Shown in pieces: positions 40,485 to 50,389 of a stretch of 64,000 bases of DNA. Source of the stretch: Candidatus Multivoradales bacterium. GTDB taxonomy: Bacteria > Acidobacteriota > Thermoanaerobaculia > Multivoradales > JAHEKO01. The DNA is taken from NCBI GenBank assembly GCA_965223855.1, contig CBDCXM010000009.1, positions 2,176,001-2,240,000 on the forward strand. The letters run 5' to 3'. Position numbers and translations under genes: made by a program. Numbering within the stretch: position 1 is the first letter of the stretch; each line of letters opens with the position of its first letter. The notes beneath the pieces were generated by a model. The model saw only the letters and a program-made list of their open reading frames with translations. It was not told where the DNA came from and did no database searches.

Positions 40485-43079
40485 ATGCCCCGTCGCCTTC
40501 TCCAGCGCGTAGCGCTCTTTGCCCGCCGCCGGTATCGGTGGATCTTCACCACCACGGCGCTCCTGGTCGTGACCTCGATCGGGCTCGCCAGCAGGCTGCA
40601 TTTCGACACCGACTTCCTCAACCTGCTGCCGCAGAACGCGGAGGAGGTCAGGACCTTCCGGAGAAATCTGGAGGAGTTCGGCAGCGTCGACTACCTGCTG
40701 GTGGTCGTTCGCATCCCCGAGGGTGCCGTCGTCGAGCCGTTCGAGAACCTCGCCGACCGGCTCGGCGAGCGGATGAAGGGGCTCGAGGAGTTCGAGTCGG
40801 TCGAGTACAAGCTCGGCGAGCTCGACGAGCTGCTCGAGACGTTCCTGCCTCAGGCATTGCTGTTCCTGGGAGACGAGGAGCGCGCCGCGGTGCTCGAGAA
40901 GGTATCGCCCGAGGCGCTCGAACGGCGGGCTCGCGAGGTGCGCCGCCTGCTGGCCACGCCGCAGGCGCTGACCCTCAAGCGGCTCGTCACACTCGATCCG
41001 TTCGGGCTGTCGGAGATCTTCCTGGAGCGCCTCAACACAGCGCGAGGCGGCCTCTCTCTCGACTGGTCGAGCGGCTACCTTCTGTCGACCGACCAGCGGA
41101 TGCTGCTGCTCCTAGGCAAGCCGGCCAAGCCGCCGCAGGACGTGCAGTTCAACCGTCGATTGGTCGAAGTGATGGAAGGCGAGATCGAGGCGTTACGCCC
41201 CGAATGGCCCGATCTCTCGCAGGGAACCGACCTCGACTTCCCCGAAGTGGCCCTGGGGGGCCGCTACGTCATCGCACTCGGTGACGAGGAGCTGATCCGT
41301 CGCGATGCGATCAGCAACTTCCTGACGTCCTTCTTCGGGGTCCTGCTGCTGTTCCTCTTCGCCTTCCGCCGCTTCGGAGTGCTGCTCTACGCCTTCGTGC
41401 CGCTGGCCACCGGGCTCATGCTGACCTTCGGGTTCTCGTACCTCGCCTTCGGGGTGCTGAACTCGGCCACCAGCGGCGTGGCGGCGCTCCTGATCGGGCT
41501 CGGTATCGACTTCGTCATCGTCTCCTACGGCCGCTTCGTCGAGGAACGCCACGAGGGGAAGGGATTCGAGGAAGCGCTGGCGAAGATGAACGGCTCGTCG
41601 GGTCGCGCCGTCATTATCGGGGCGGTGACGAGCGCGGCGACCTTCTACGCCTTTGCCATCACCCAGTTCAAGGGGCTCTCGCAGATGGGGCTGCTCACCG
41701 GTACCGGCATCCTCTTCTGCATGCTGGCGGTCCTCTTCCTGCTGCCGTCGCTGCTTGCCTGGAGCCACGATCGCCACGAGCGCCGCCGAACCGACCAGCG
41801 ACTGTTTCTCCACGACCTCGGCTCGACGGCGTTGATTCGCTATTCGCTGCGACGGCCGATCGTCGTGCTGGTGGCCGGGGCCCTGATCACCGTCGTCGCC
41901 GCGCTGTCGGCGAGCCGCCTGACCTTCGAGGACAGCGTCAAGTCGATGCGGCCTGCCGGCAACCCGGGCACCGAAGTCTGGGAAGAGGTGGCGTCGCGTT
42001 TCGGCTCCGGTTTCGAGCAGATGAGCTTCGTCGCCTCGGCTCCCGATCTCGAGGGGGTGCTCGAACGCGCTGCCGCTGCCTCCGAGGAGGCGGCGGCGCT
42101 GGTCGAAGCCGAAGTGCTGCGCGGCTACGACGGCATTCACACCGTGATCCCACCGCGCAGCCGCCAGCAGGCCGCCCTCGAATGGCTTGACGAGCAGCGT
42201 GCAGGGGCGCTCGACATGGCTCGGATCCGCGCGGATTTCGAAAGCGCTCTCACCGCGGCCGGCCTGCGCGCCGCGCCGTTCGAGCGCGGCCTGTCCCTCT
42301 TCGGGGCGGCGGTGGCGCGCGATCAGCCGATCGGCCTCGAGGACTTCCGCCAGTCGGGGCAGGCGAGCCGTTTGCTCGACCGCTACCTCGTCCAGTCCGG
42401 GGATGGGTGGCGCAGCGCCGTCTACCTCTATCCGCCGCCCCGCGTCTGGGCACGCGAGGCGCCGCCGGAGGCCCACGCGGCGGCCGAGCGGCTCGGCTCC
42501 GACATCGAGCTGACGGGAGCCAACGTGCTCAACGCCTTCCTGCGCGAGCGGGTGCTCTCCGATGCGGTGATCGCCGCCGTCATCGGCTTCGTGCTCGTCG
42601 GCTTCCTCCTGTGGCTCGACTTCCGAAACCTGCGCGACACAGTGTTGTCGCTCGCCCCGCTGTCGGTCGGCATCGTCTGGATGCTCGGTGCGATGGCGGC
42701 GATGGGCGTGGCGATGAACTTCATGAACATCTTCGTGACGACCATGATCATCGGCATCGGGGTCGACTACGGAGTGCACATGCTGCACCGCTATCGCGAG
42801 CTGGCGGGAGCGGACGACGAGGCCTACGCAGTCGGCCTTTCCGAGACCGGCAAAGCGATCGTGCTGGCGGCGCTGTCGACGATCGTCGGCTTCGGCTCGC
42901 TGTCGCTGTCGCACTATCCCGGCCTGCAGTCGATGGGCAAGGTGTCGATTCTCGGCGCCGTCTCGACCGCGCTGGTGGCGATCAGCGTCCTGCCGGCCTA
43001 CATGGGGCGGCGGATCGCCCGCCATCGACCGGGTGGAGCCGCTCACGGAGCGCCCGCCGCGGGCGAGGGAGAGGACTGA
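40485..43079 (+). CDS. MMPL/RND-family membrane transporter
   Basis: Two hydrophobic halves with GLGIDF and GIGVDYGVH motifs, separated by large soluble loops. Confidence 0.88.
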   Translation: MPRRLLQRVALFARRRYRWIFTTTALLVVTSIGLASRLHFDTDFLNLLPQNAEEVRTFRRNLEEFGSVDYLLVVVRIPEGAVVEPFENLADRLGERMKGLEEFESVEYKLGELDELLETFLPQALLFLGDEERAAVLEKVSPEALERRAREVRRLLATPQALTLKRLVTLDPFGLSEIFLERLNTARGGLSLDWSSGYLLSTDQRMLLLLGKPAKPPQDVQFNRRLVEVMEGEIEALRPEWPDLSQGTDLDFPEVALGGRYVIALGDEELIRRDAISNFLTSFFGVLLLFLFAFRRFGVLLYAFVPLATGLMLTFGFSYLAFGVLNSATSGVAALLIGLGIDFVIVSYGRFVEERHEGKGFEEALAKMNGSSGRAVIIGAVTSAATFYAFAITQFKGLSQMGLLTGTGILFCMLAVLFLLPSLLAWSHDRHERRRTDQRLFLHDLGSTALIRYSLRRPIVVLVAGALITVVAALSASRLTFEDSVKSMRPAGNPGTEVWEEVASRFGSGFEQMSFVASAPDLEGVLERAAAASEEAAALVEAEVLRGYDGIHTVIPPRSRQQAALEWLDEQRAGALDMARIRADFESALTAAGLRAAPFERGLSLFGAAVARDQPIGLEDFRQSGQASRLLDRYLVQSGDGWRSAVYLYPPPRVWAREAPPEAHAAAERLGSDIELTGANVLNAFLRERVLSDAVIAAVIGFVLVGFLLWLDFRNLRDTVLSLAPLSVGIVWMLGAMAAMGVAMNFMNIFVTTMIIGIGVDYGVHMLHRYRELAGADDEAYAVGLSETGKAIVLAALSTIVGFGSLSLSHYPGLQSMGKVSILGAVSTALVAISVLPAYMGRRIARHRPGGAAHGAPAAGEGED

Positions 43080-43098
43080 TGGGAGTGACGACCGACTG

Positions 43099-44418
43099 AT
43101 GTTCGACGGACTGCAGGACAAGCTGCAGGGGGTCTTCCGGCGCCTCAAGGGTGAGGGTCGGGTCTCCGAGGAGGTGCTCAAGGCGGCGCTGCGCGAGATC
43201 AGGCTGGCGCTGCTCGAAGCCGACGTCCACTTCCGGGTGGTCAAGCCGTTCATCGCGCGGGTCAGCGAGCGGGCGCTCGGGAGCGACGTGCTCGAGAGCC
43301 TGACGCCGGCGCAGCAGGTGATCAAGATCGTCAAGGACGAGCTGGTCACCCTGCTCGGCGAGGACGGCTCGGAGCTCGAGCTCGCCCGCCGCCCGGCCGT
43401 CGTCCTGCTGTGCGGTCTCCAGGGGTCGGGAAAGACGACGACGGCGGGGAAGCTCGCCCTGAGGCTGCGCAATCGCGGCCGCCGGCCGCTCCTCGTCGCC
43501 GGCGACCTGCAACGCGCTGCGGCGGTCGATCAGCTCCGCCAGGTCGGGGCCGCCGTCGAAGTGGAGGTCCTGACGCCGGGCGAGGGGGAGGGTGTGGTCG
43601 CGCTCGCCGGGCGGGCGCTCAAGGAGGCGAAGTCCCGGCTCTTCGACACGGTGATCTTCGATACCGCCGGGCGGCTGCACGTCGACGAGCAGCTGATGGA
43701 GGAGCTCAAGGCGGTCGCGGGAGTCCTCGATCCCGAGGAGACGCTGTTCGTCGCCGACTCGATGACCGGGCAGGACGCCGTCAAGAGCGCCGCCGAGTTC
43801 TCGGCCGCGATGGAACTCACCGGCGTCATCCTGACGAAACTCGACGGCGACACACGCGGCGGCGCGGCGCTTTCGCTGAGGACCGTCGCGGCGGTGCCGA
43901 TCCGCTTCCTCGGCGTCGGTGAGAAGCCGGAGGAACTGGAGCTCTTCCGCGGCGAGAGGATGGCCTCGCGCATCCTCGGCATGGGCGACGTGCTGTCGCT
44001 GATCGAGAAGGCCGAGCAGGGATTGGACTCGGCTGAGACCGAGCGCCTTGCGAGAAGGATGGCAAAGCGCCAGTTCACCCTGGAGGATCTGCGCGACCAG
44101 TTGCGCCAGATCAAGCGCCTCGGCCCGCTCTCCCAGGTGCTCGAGATGCTCCCCAAGGCGGGGCCGCTGGCGAAGATGGACCCCTCGCAGGTCGACGACC
44201 GCGAGCTGGTCAAGGTCGAGGCGATCCTCAGCTCGATGACCGCCAAGGAGCGCCGCTACCCGAAGATCCTCGATGCCAGTCGCAAGCGCCGCATCGCGCG
44301 CGGTTCCGGCACCCGGGTGCAGGACGTCAACCAGATCCTGAAGCAGCACCGGATGATGCAGAAGATGATGAAGGGGATGAAGGGCAACTGGCTGAAGCGC
44401 GCCATGGGAGGGCGGTGA
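43099..44418 (+). CDS. ffh: Signal recognition particle protein
   Basis: ALLEADV, GLQGSGKTTT, DTAGR, TKLDGD, RILGMGD, RIARGSG. Confidence 0.96.
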   Translation: MFDGLQDKLQGVFRRLKGEGRVSEEVLKAALREIRLALLEADVHFRVVKPFIARVSERALGSDVLESLTPAQQVIKIVKDELVTLLGEDGSELELARRPAVVLLCGLQGSGKTTTAGKLALRLRNRGRRPLLVAGDLQRAAAVDQLRQVGAAVEVEVLTPGEGEGVVALAGRALKEAKSRLFDTVIFDTAGRLHVDEQLMEELKAVAGVLDPEETLFVADSMTGQDAVKSAAEFSAAMELTGVILTKLDGDTRGGAALSLRTVAAVPIRFLGVGEKPEELELFRGERMASRILGMGDVLSLIEKAEQGLDSAETERLARRMAKRQFTLEDLRDQLRQIKRLGPLSQVLEMLPKAGPLAKMDPSQVDDRELVKVEAILSSMTAKERRYPKILDASRKRRIARGSGTRVQDVNQILKQHRMMQKMMKGMKGNWLKRAMGGR

Positions 44419-44439
44419 CGTCGGTTCGTCGAGCCTGCG

Positions 44440-44468
44440 GTGACACCTATTTCGCTTCCTGCTACACT
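44440..44468 (+). promoter_or_regulatory. Sigma-70 promoter of the rpsP operon
   Basis: GTGACA-17 bp-TACACT with an extended -10 TG. Confidence 0.6.
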
Positions 44469-44602
44469 TCGCCGGCTTCCCGGACCGGGTGCACTAGCTC
44501 CGAAGCTCGTTTCGATCCGAAGATGCCCGGTTGCCCTCGCCGCGCGGGAGGTCCAACTCGACAGACTCGCCAGTTTCCAGAGGTTCGTTGGAGGTTTTAC
44601 CC

Positions 44603-44848
44603 ATGTTGAAGATCAGGTTGCGCCGTATGGGCAGCACGCACACTCCGTTCTACCGCGTCGTCGTGTCGGACTCGCGCCTCACGCCGCGTGCGGCGGTGAT
44701 CGAGGAGGTCGGTCACTACAACCCGGTCTCCGAGCCGCCGCTGATCGAGATCGACGGCGATCGCGTGGACCACTGGGTCGGCAACGGCGCCCAGATGTCG
44801 CCGACCGTCAAGCGTCTCCTCAAGACTCAGCGCCGCGCGGCTTCCTGA
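44603..44848 (+). CDS. rpsP: 30S ribosomal protein S16
   Basis: MLKIRLRRMG...PFYRVVVSDSR...GHYNP...W...GAQ. Confidence 0.95.
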   Translation: MLKIRLRRMGSTHTPFYRVVVSDSRLTPRAAVIEEVGHYNPVSEPPLIEIDGDRVDHWVGNGAQMSPTVKRLLKTQRRAAS

Positions 44849-45084
44849 TGCCAAGGCGGCAGCTCGAAGGGTTGATCCGGCGGATCGTCGATCAGCCCGA
44901 CCAGGTCCGGGTCGACGTCTACGAAGCCCCTGATGCGACGGTCTTCGAGGCGGAGGTGGCTCCCGCCGACTTGGGCAAGGTGATCGGCCGGCAGGGCCGG
45001 ACGGCGCGAGCGTTTCGCAATCTCCTCGAAGAGAGGGGGGCGCGCGACGGCGAGCGCTATGAGTTCGAGATTCTCGACGACTGA
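44848..45084 (+). CDS. khpA: KH-domain RNA-binding protein KhpA
   Basis: IVDQPDQV, DLGKVIGRQGRTA; canonical position between rpsP and rimM. Confidence 0.88.
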   Translation: MPRRQLEGLIRRIVDQPDQVRVDVYEAPDATVFEAEVAPADLGKVIGRQGRTARAFRNLLEERGARDGERYEFEILDD

Positions 45085-45619
45085 TCCGCGCATCGACGCG
45101 CCGATCTCGGTCGGGAAGATTCACAAGCCGCACGGCGTGCGCGGCGAGGTGGTGGTCGAGTCGTTCTCGGACCTTCCCGCCCGCTACGAGAAGGGCTCGG
45201 TGCTCACGGCTCGGCCCCCCGAGGCGCGACCGCGTCGGTTGACGGTGGCGTCCGCGCGCCCCCACCGCCGTGGGCTGCTGGTGCGCTTCGACGAGTTCGA
45301 GGACCGAGACGTCGCCGAAGAGCTTCGGGGCGCCGTCCTGACGATCGATGCACACGAGGCGACTCAGGCTCCCGAGGGCGGCTACTTCCACTACCAGCTA
45401 CTGGGATGTACGTGCTCGGATCGCTCGCACGGGCCGATGGGGACGGTGACCGAAGTGCTCGACGACGGCGGCGGCCAGATCCTCGTCGTCGGCGACGACA
45501 GCGGCGACTGGCTCGTGCCGTTCGTCAAGGCCTATCTCGTCGCCGTCGATCCGGAAGCGAAGACGATCACCTTCGACCTGCCGGAGGGGCTGCTCGAAGC
45601 ATGCAGATCCGGATCCTGA
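45059..45619 (+). CDS. rimM: Ribosome maturation factor RimM
   Basis: VGKIHKPHGVRGEV, YFHYQLLG, LVPFV, LPEGL. Confidence 0.92.
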   Translation: MSSRFSTTDPRIDAPISVGKIHKPHGVRGEVVVESFSDLPARYEKGSVLTARPPEARPRRLTVASARPHRRGLLVRFDEFEDRDVAEELRGAVLTIDAHEATQAPEGGYFHYQLLGCTCSDRSHGPMGTVTEVLDDGGGQILVVGDDSGDWLVPFVKAYLVAVDPEAKTITFDLPEGLLEACRSGS

Positions 45620-46335
45620 CGATCTTCCCGGAACTGATCGACGCCTTCCTCTCCGCGTCGCTGATCGGAAAAGCGATCGAGGCGGGACGCCTGGAGGTCA
45701 CGGCGATCGACGTGCGCGACTTCGCGACCGATCGTCACCGCACCGTCGACGACGTTCCCTACGGCGGCGGAGGAGGGATGGTGATGAAAGCCGAACCGTG
45801 GCTGGCGGCGGTGCGAACCTCGGCAGGAGAGGGCGCCCATCGAGTGCTGCTGTCGCCCCAGGGGACCCGCCTCGACGAGGGTGTCGTGCGTCGTCTCGCC
45901 TCGATCGACGAGCTCGTTCTGCTGTGCGGCCGCTACGAAGGGATCGACGAGCGTGTACGCGAGGCGGTGGTCGACGAGGAGCTGTCGATCGGCGACTTCG
46001 TTCTGTCGGGCGGGGAGGTCGCGGCGATGGCGGTGGTCGAGACGATCTCGAGACAGATCCCGGGGGTCGTGGGGCTGGCGGACTCGGTCGAACAGGACAG
46101 CTTTCGCCACGGACTGCTCGATCATCCGCACTACACCCGGCCGCGCGAGGTGGAAGGGCGTCCGGTGCCGGAGGTGCTGCTCTCCGGTGACCACGAGGCG
46201 GTGAGGCGGTGGCGCAGGGAGGCGGCGCTCCGGGCGACCTGGGAGAAGCGACCCGATCTGCTCGACGAAGCAGGTCTGTCGGCCGAGGACCGCGCCTTCC
46301 TCGAACGGCTCGAGGGAGCGGATTCCGGAGGGTGA
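45601..46335 (+). CDS. trmD: tRNA (guanine37-N1)-methyltransferase
   Basis: LTIFPE, VDDVPYGGGGGM, CGRYEGIDER, SIGDFVLSGGE, YTRP, VPEVLLSGDH. Confidence 0.95.
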   Translation: MQIRILTIFPELIDAFLSASLIGKAIEAGRLEVTAIDVRDFATDRHRTVDDVPYGGGGGMVMKAEPWLAAVRTSAGEGAHRVLLSPQGTRLDEGVVRRLASIDELVLLCGRYEGIDERVREAVVDEELSIGDFVLSGGEVAAMAVVETISRQIPGVVGLADSVEQDSFRHGLLDHPHYTRPREVEGRPVPEVLLSGDHEAVRRWRREAALRATWEKRPDLLDEAGLSAEDRAFLERLEGADSGG

Positions 46336-46366
46336 TACCCGGCCGGCAGCTCCCTGCCGAAGAGGC

Positions 46367-46395
46367 TTGCCAAAGCGGGCGATCGGCCCGATAAT
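46367..46395 (+). promoter_or_regulatory. Sigma-70 promoter upstream of rplS
   Basis: TTGCCA-17 bp-GATAAT. Confidence 0.6.
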
Positions 46396-46500
46396 AGGCG
46401 GCTCGCCCGCGTGCGAACGCGGGGAGGAGTCCGTGCCGGGAGAGCCAGCCGCTGAAGGCGTCTCCGCACAGGGCGGACTCGCTACCAGCAGGGGATCGTC

Positions 46501-46914
46501 ATGAACAAGTTGCAAGAGATCGAAAGCGCGTATCTGCGCACCGACATTCCGGACTTTCGCGCCGGTGACACGCTCAAGGTTCACGTCAAGGTGCGCGAGG
46601 GCGGCAAGGAGCGGATCCAGATCTTCCAGGGGGTCGTGATCGGCCGCAAGGGCGACGGCACCCGGGAAAGCTTCACGGTGCGCAAGATCTCCGGCGGCAT
46701 CGGCGTCGAGAGGGTCTTTCCCCTCAACTCGCCGATGATCGACAAGGTCGAGGTCGTTCGCTTCGGCCAGGTTCGCAGGGCGAAGCTCTTCTACCTCCGC
46801 TCGCTGCGGGGCAAGAAGGCGCGCATCGAAGAGCGGCGGGTCGATCCGGCGAAGCTGGCGGCGGCGAAGGTCGCGCCGGTCGTGGTCGCCGACGACAGCT
46901 CGGAAGAAGAGTAG
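46501..46914 (+). CDS. rplS: 50S ribosomal protein L19
   Basis: [44 protein letters not shown]. Confidence 0.96.
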   Translation: MNKLQEIESAYLRTDIPDFRAGDTLKVHVKVREGGKERIQIFQGVVIGRKGDGTRESFTVRKISGGIGVERVFPLNSPMIDKVEVVRFGQVRRAKLFYLRSLRGKKARIEERRVDPAKLAAAKVAPVVVADDSSEEE

Positions 46915-46962
46915 CGGCAGCCTCGGAAAGCCCCCGTCCGAGCGCTTCGCACGGAGAGTGAC

Positions 46963-47616
46963 GTGGCCACCATGGGACAGCTTCTGGCGGAAACCTGCCG
47001 GCTCAGCCTGCTCACGGGGGTCGATCAACTGTTCCTCGACTTCGGCTTCGAGGCGTGCGCGGGCGTCGACGAGGCGGGGCGCGGCGCGCTGGCGGGGCCG
47101 GTGGTCGCCGCGGCCGTCGTCGTCGATCCTGCGGTGACGGTGCCGGGCGTCGACGACAGCAAGGTGCTCTCGGCCGAGGAACGGGCTCGACTCGCCACGG
47201 CGATCCGGCGCTCGGCGCGCGGATCGGCGGTCGTCGCGGTCTCCGCGGCGCGCATCGAGCAGGTGAACATCCTCGAGGCGACGAAGCTGGCGATGTCCCG
47301 CGCCCTGGCCGAGGTCAGGCCGCGGCCCGACTGCGCCCTCGTCGATGCGGTGCGGCTGGAGACCGACTTCCCGGCTCTGGGCCTCGTGCGCGGCGACGGG
47401 GTCAGCTACAGCGTGGCGAGTGCCTCCATCCTCGCCAAGTACGAGCGGGATCGACGGATGATCGAGCTCGACGAGCGCTACCCGGTGTATGGGTTCGCGC
47501 GCCACAAGGGGTATGCGGCGGCGGAGCATCTCGAGGCGCTGCGGCGCTACGGCCCCTGTCCTGAGCATCGCCTGACGTTCCGGTCGGTGCTGCCGCGCGA
47601 AGGGGAGGTGAACTGA
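46963..47616 (+). CDS. rnhB: Ribonuclease HII
   Basis: GVDEAGRGALAGPVVAAA, DDSK, VASASILAK, HKGY, HRLTF. Confidence 0.93.
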   Translation: MATMGQLLAETCRLSLLTGVDQLFLDFGFEACAGVDEAGRGALAGPVVAAAVVVDPAVTVPGVDDSKVLSAEERARLATAIRRSARGSAVVAVSAARIEQVNILEATKLAMSRALAEVRPRPDCALVDAVRLETDFPALGLVRGDGVSYSVASASILAKYERDRRMIELDERYPVYGFARHKGYAAAEHLEALRRYGPCPEHRLTFRSVLPREGEVN

Positions 47617-50381
47617 TGGCAAGTCGGCAGAGAGTGATCCAGAGCGCCGAGAAGCTGGTGGCTCGCGGACGGATCCAGGCGGCGATCGACGAGTACCGCA
47701 AGGTGCTCGACCGGCATCCGAACGACACCAGCACCCTCAATCGGGTCGGCGATCTCTACGCCCGCCTCAACCGGATGCCCAAAGCGATCGAGCTGTTCCA
47801 GCAGACCGCGGAGAGCTTCGCCCGCCAGGGCTTCTTCGTGAAGGCGATCGCGATCTACAAGAAGATCATCCGCCTCGATCCGGGGCAGATCCGCGCTTAC
47901 GAGAGTCTGGCGGATCTCTACCATCGCCAGGGGCTGACCAACGACTCGATCGCGCAGTACCAGGTGGTCGCCGACTACTACGAGAAGCATGCCGATACCG
48001 AGGCGGCGATCGACGTCTACTACAACATGGTGACGATCGAGCCGGGCAACCCGACCCGCCGCCTCCAACTCGCCGGCATGCTGGATCGCGCCGACCGCAA
48101 GCCGCAGGCGTTGGAGCAGTACTACGAGATCGGCTCACTGATGCTCGAGCACTCGCGTGGCGATGACGCACTTCGGGTCTTCAAGGAGGCCCTCGAGGTC
48201 GATGCGTCCAACCTCGACTTCGTGCGCAAGGCGATGGGGGCGCTCGCCGGCGAGGGCTTCGACGCACTGAGCCGGGCGCTGCTCGAGGCGGCGATCGAGA
48301 AGAACCCGCAGGCCAAGGCGCTGAGGATCGAACAGCTCGATCCGAGTCCCGAGGTGGCAGCGTCGGCGCCTCAGCCGAGCGAGGTGGCGAGCGTCGAGGA
48401 GCCCGCCGCCGAGGAGCCGGCGGTCGACGAGACGATCGACGAGGTCGCCGAGGACGAAGCGGAGCCTGCTCGCGAGCCGCGTGAGGAGGCGCCGGAGACC
48501 GTCGGGGACGAGGCGGCCGAGGAGGAGACGCCGGACGCGGCGATCGAGGAAGACGCGGAGGTCGTCGCTAGCGAAGAGACCTCGATCGAGGAGCCCGAAG
48601 ACACACCGGCGGCGCTCTCCGAGCCCGTCGAGACAGCGAGTGACGACGGTGCCGCCGATCTCGAGTTCGACCTTTCCGAGATCGCCGACCTCGCGGGCGG
48701 GATCGATCCGATCGTCGAGCCGGCGACGAAGGAGGAGACCACGGCTCCCGCCGCCGAGGCAACCGAGGAAGAGGCGGGCCTCGTTCTCGATCTCGACGAG
48801 GCCGAAGCAGGAGGGTTCGAACTCGAGGACGAGACGGAAGAGGAACGGTCGTCTGCAGCCGCGGAGGACAGCTCGCCGGCAGTCGAGGACGCCTCCCGAG
48901 AGGCGCCCCTCACCGCGCTCGAACTGGAGCTCGCCAACGAGCTGGAGGCGGTGAGGGAGGAGCTGCGGCCGGCGGCCGGAGCGGAGACGATTCGTGGCGC
49001 TGGTGACGATGCCGCCGCAGAGCAGAGCGAGGCCGCCGAGACCGTGGCCGAGAAGATCGTCTCCGAGGACATCGTTTCCGAGGACGAGGAGAAGGTGCGC
49101 AAGCAACTCGTCGAAGCGGAGGTGCTGTCGCGCTACGGCATGGACGTGATGGCGGTCACGGTGCTCGAGAAGATTCTCAAGGACGAGCCTGCCCATCGCG
49201 AGGCGCTGGCGCGGACCGTGCTCCTCCAGGTGAAGCTCGACCGGATGGACGAGGCTCTCGTAGGAGCCAACCAGCTCGCCGATCTGGTTGCGGCCGAAGG
49301 GGAGACCGAGACCTGGGGGGCGCTGTGCCACGTCCTGGACGAGAAGGGCTTCCGGCTGGAGGAGGGGCGGTTCGTAGGCGAGGTCGTCGAGGTAGCGGAA
49401 CCGGAGCCCGAAGCCGAGGTCGAGCCCGAAGCTCGGGCCGAACCGGAAGAGCAGCCCGCCGCTCGAGAAGAGTTCTCGCTCGACCAGATCGTCGAGGAGG
49501 TAGAGGTCGAGGCGCGCGAGTCGCGCAAGCCGGTTCAGTCGTTGGACGTGCTCGCCGAGGTGATCCAGGAGATCGAAGGCGAGTCCGACTCAAAGGGCGC
49601 CGACGAGGACGAGCGCTGGTTGGAAGAACTCGATGCGGAGGAGGCCGCCGTCTCGGACGAAGACGCGACGTCCAGGGTGGCCGACGACGAGCGTGCAGCC
49701 GAAGTGGCGCCTGCCGCCGATTCCGGGTCGGCGGAGTCACTGGCCGAAACCCCGGCATCCGAGGCCTCGCCTCCGGCCGAGGAAGCCGCACCGCCGGCGG
49801 TACCGCAGTCGCCGTCCGTGCCGACGATCGACCTGCCTCCCGGGATCGAGGCGCCGAGCCCCGACGAGGGTTTCGTGGACCTGGCGGGCGAGCTCGAACA
49901 GGAGCTGGCGAGAGAGGTCGGCGAACTCAGCGATGAACTCGAGTCCGGCATGCGGGAGCAGTCGCTCGAGGACATCGTCGAGGGGTTCCGCCAGGGGATG
50001 GCGGAAACGCTGTCCGACGAGGACTTCGACACCCATTTCAACCTCGGCGTTGCCTACAGCGAGATGGGGCTGACCGACGAGGCGATCGGCGAGTTCCAGA
50101 TGGCCGCCAAGGATCCTCGTTACCTGGTTCAGAGCTGCTCGCTGCTCGCGAGCTGCTTCGTCGAGAAAGGCTTCAACGATCTCGCCATTCAGTCCTACGA
50201 GACCGGCCTCGCCTCTCCGGTGCTGGAGGAGGACGAGCGCCTCGGGCTCCTCTACGAACTCGGCTCCCTGCTGGTGGCGACGGGTGAGCCCGAGGCCGCC
50301 CGCGAGAAGTTCCTCGAGATCTACGGCACGAACTCCAACTACCGCGACGTCGTCGCCCGTCTCGAAGAGCTGCGGGAGTAG
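47616..50381 (+). CDS. Tetratricopeptide-repeat protein with acidic disordered linkers (SgmX-like architecture)
   Basis: N-terminal TPR array (about aa 1-235), a central TPR block, and C-terminal TPRs DFDTHFNLGVAYSEMGLTDEAIGEFQ...NYRDV; E/A/D/P-rich spacers. Confidence 0.8.
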   Translation: MASRQRVIQSAEKLVARGRIQAAIDEYRKVLDRHPNDTSTLNRVGDLYARLNRMPKAIELFQQTAESFARQGFFVKAIAIYKKIIRLDPGQIRAYESLADLYHRQGLTNDSIAQYQVVADYYEKHADTEAAIDVYYNMVTIEPGNPTRRLQLAGMLDRADRKPQALEQYYEIGSLMLEHSRGDDALRVFKEALEVDASNLDFVRKAMGALAGEGFDALSRALLEAAIEKNPQAKALRIEQLDPSPEVAASAPQPSEVASVEEPAAEEPAVDETIDEVAEDEAEPAREPREEAPETVGDEAAEEETPDAAIEEDAEVVASEETSIEEPEDTPAALSEPVETASDDGAADLEFDLSEIADLAGGIDPIVEPATKEETTAPAAEATEEEAGLVLDLDEAEAGGFELEDETEEERSSAAAEDSSPAVEDASREAPLTALELELANELEAVREELRPAAGAETIRGAGDDAAAEQSEAAETVAEKIVSEDIVSEDEEKVRKQLVEAEVLSRYGMDVMAVTVLEKILKDEPAHREALARTVLLQVKLDRMDEALVGANQLADLVAAEGETETWGALCHVLDEKGFRLEEGRFVGEVVEVAEPEPEAEVEPEARAEPEEQPAAREEFSLDQIVEEVEVEARESRKPVQSLDVLAEVIQEIEGESDSKGADEDERWLEELDAEEAAVSDEDATSRVADDERAAEVAPAADSGSAESLAETPASEASPPAEEAAPPAVPQSPSVPTIDLPPGIEAPSPDEGFVDLAGELEQELAREVGELSDELESGMREQSLEDIVEGFRQGMAETLSDEDFDTHFNLGVAYSEMGLTDEAIGEFQMAAKDPRYLVQSCSLLASCFVEKGFNDLAIQSYETGLASPVLEEDERLGLLYELGSLLVATGEPEAAREKFLEIYGTNSNYRDVVARLEELRE

Positions 50382-50389
50382 CGCCTGGC

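Noticed and set aside
44419-44602. SRP RNA next to ffh
   Set aside because: No SRP domain IV motif (CAGG..GNRA..AGCA) found; the region is better explained as the rpsP promoter and leader
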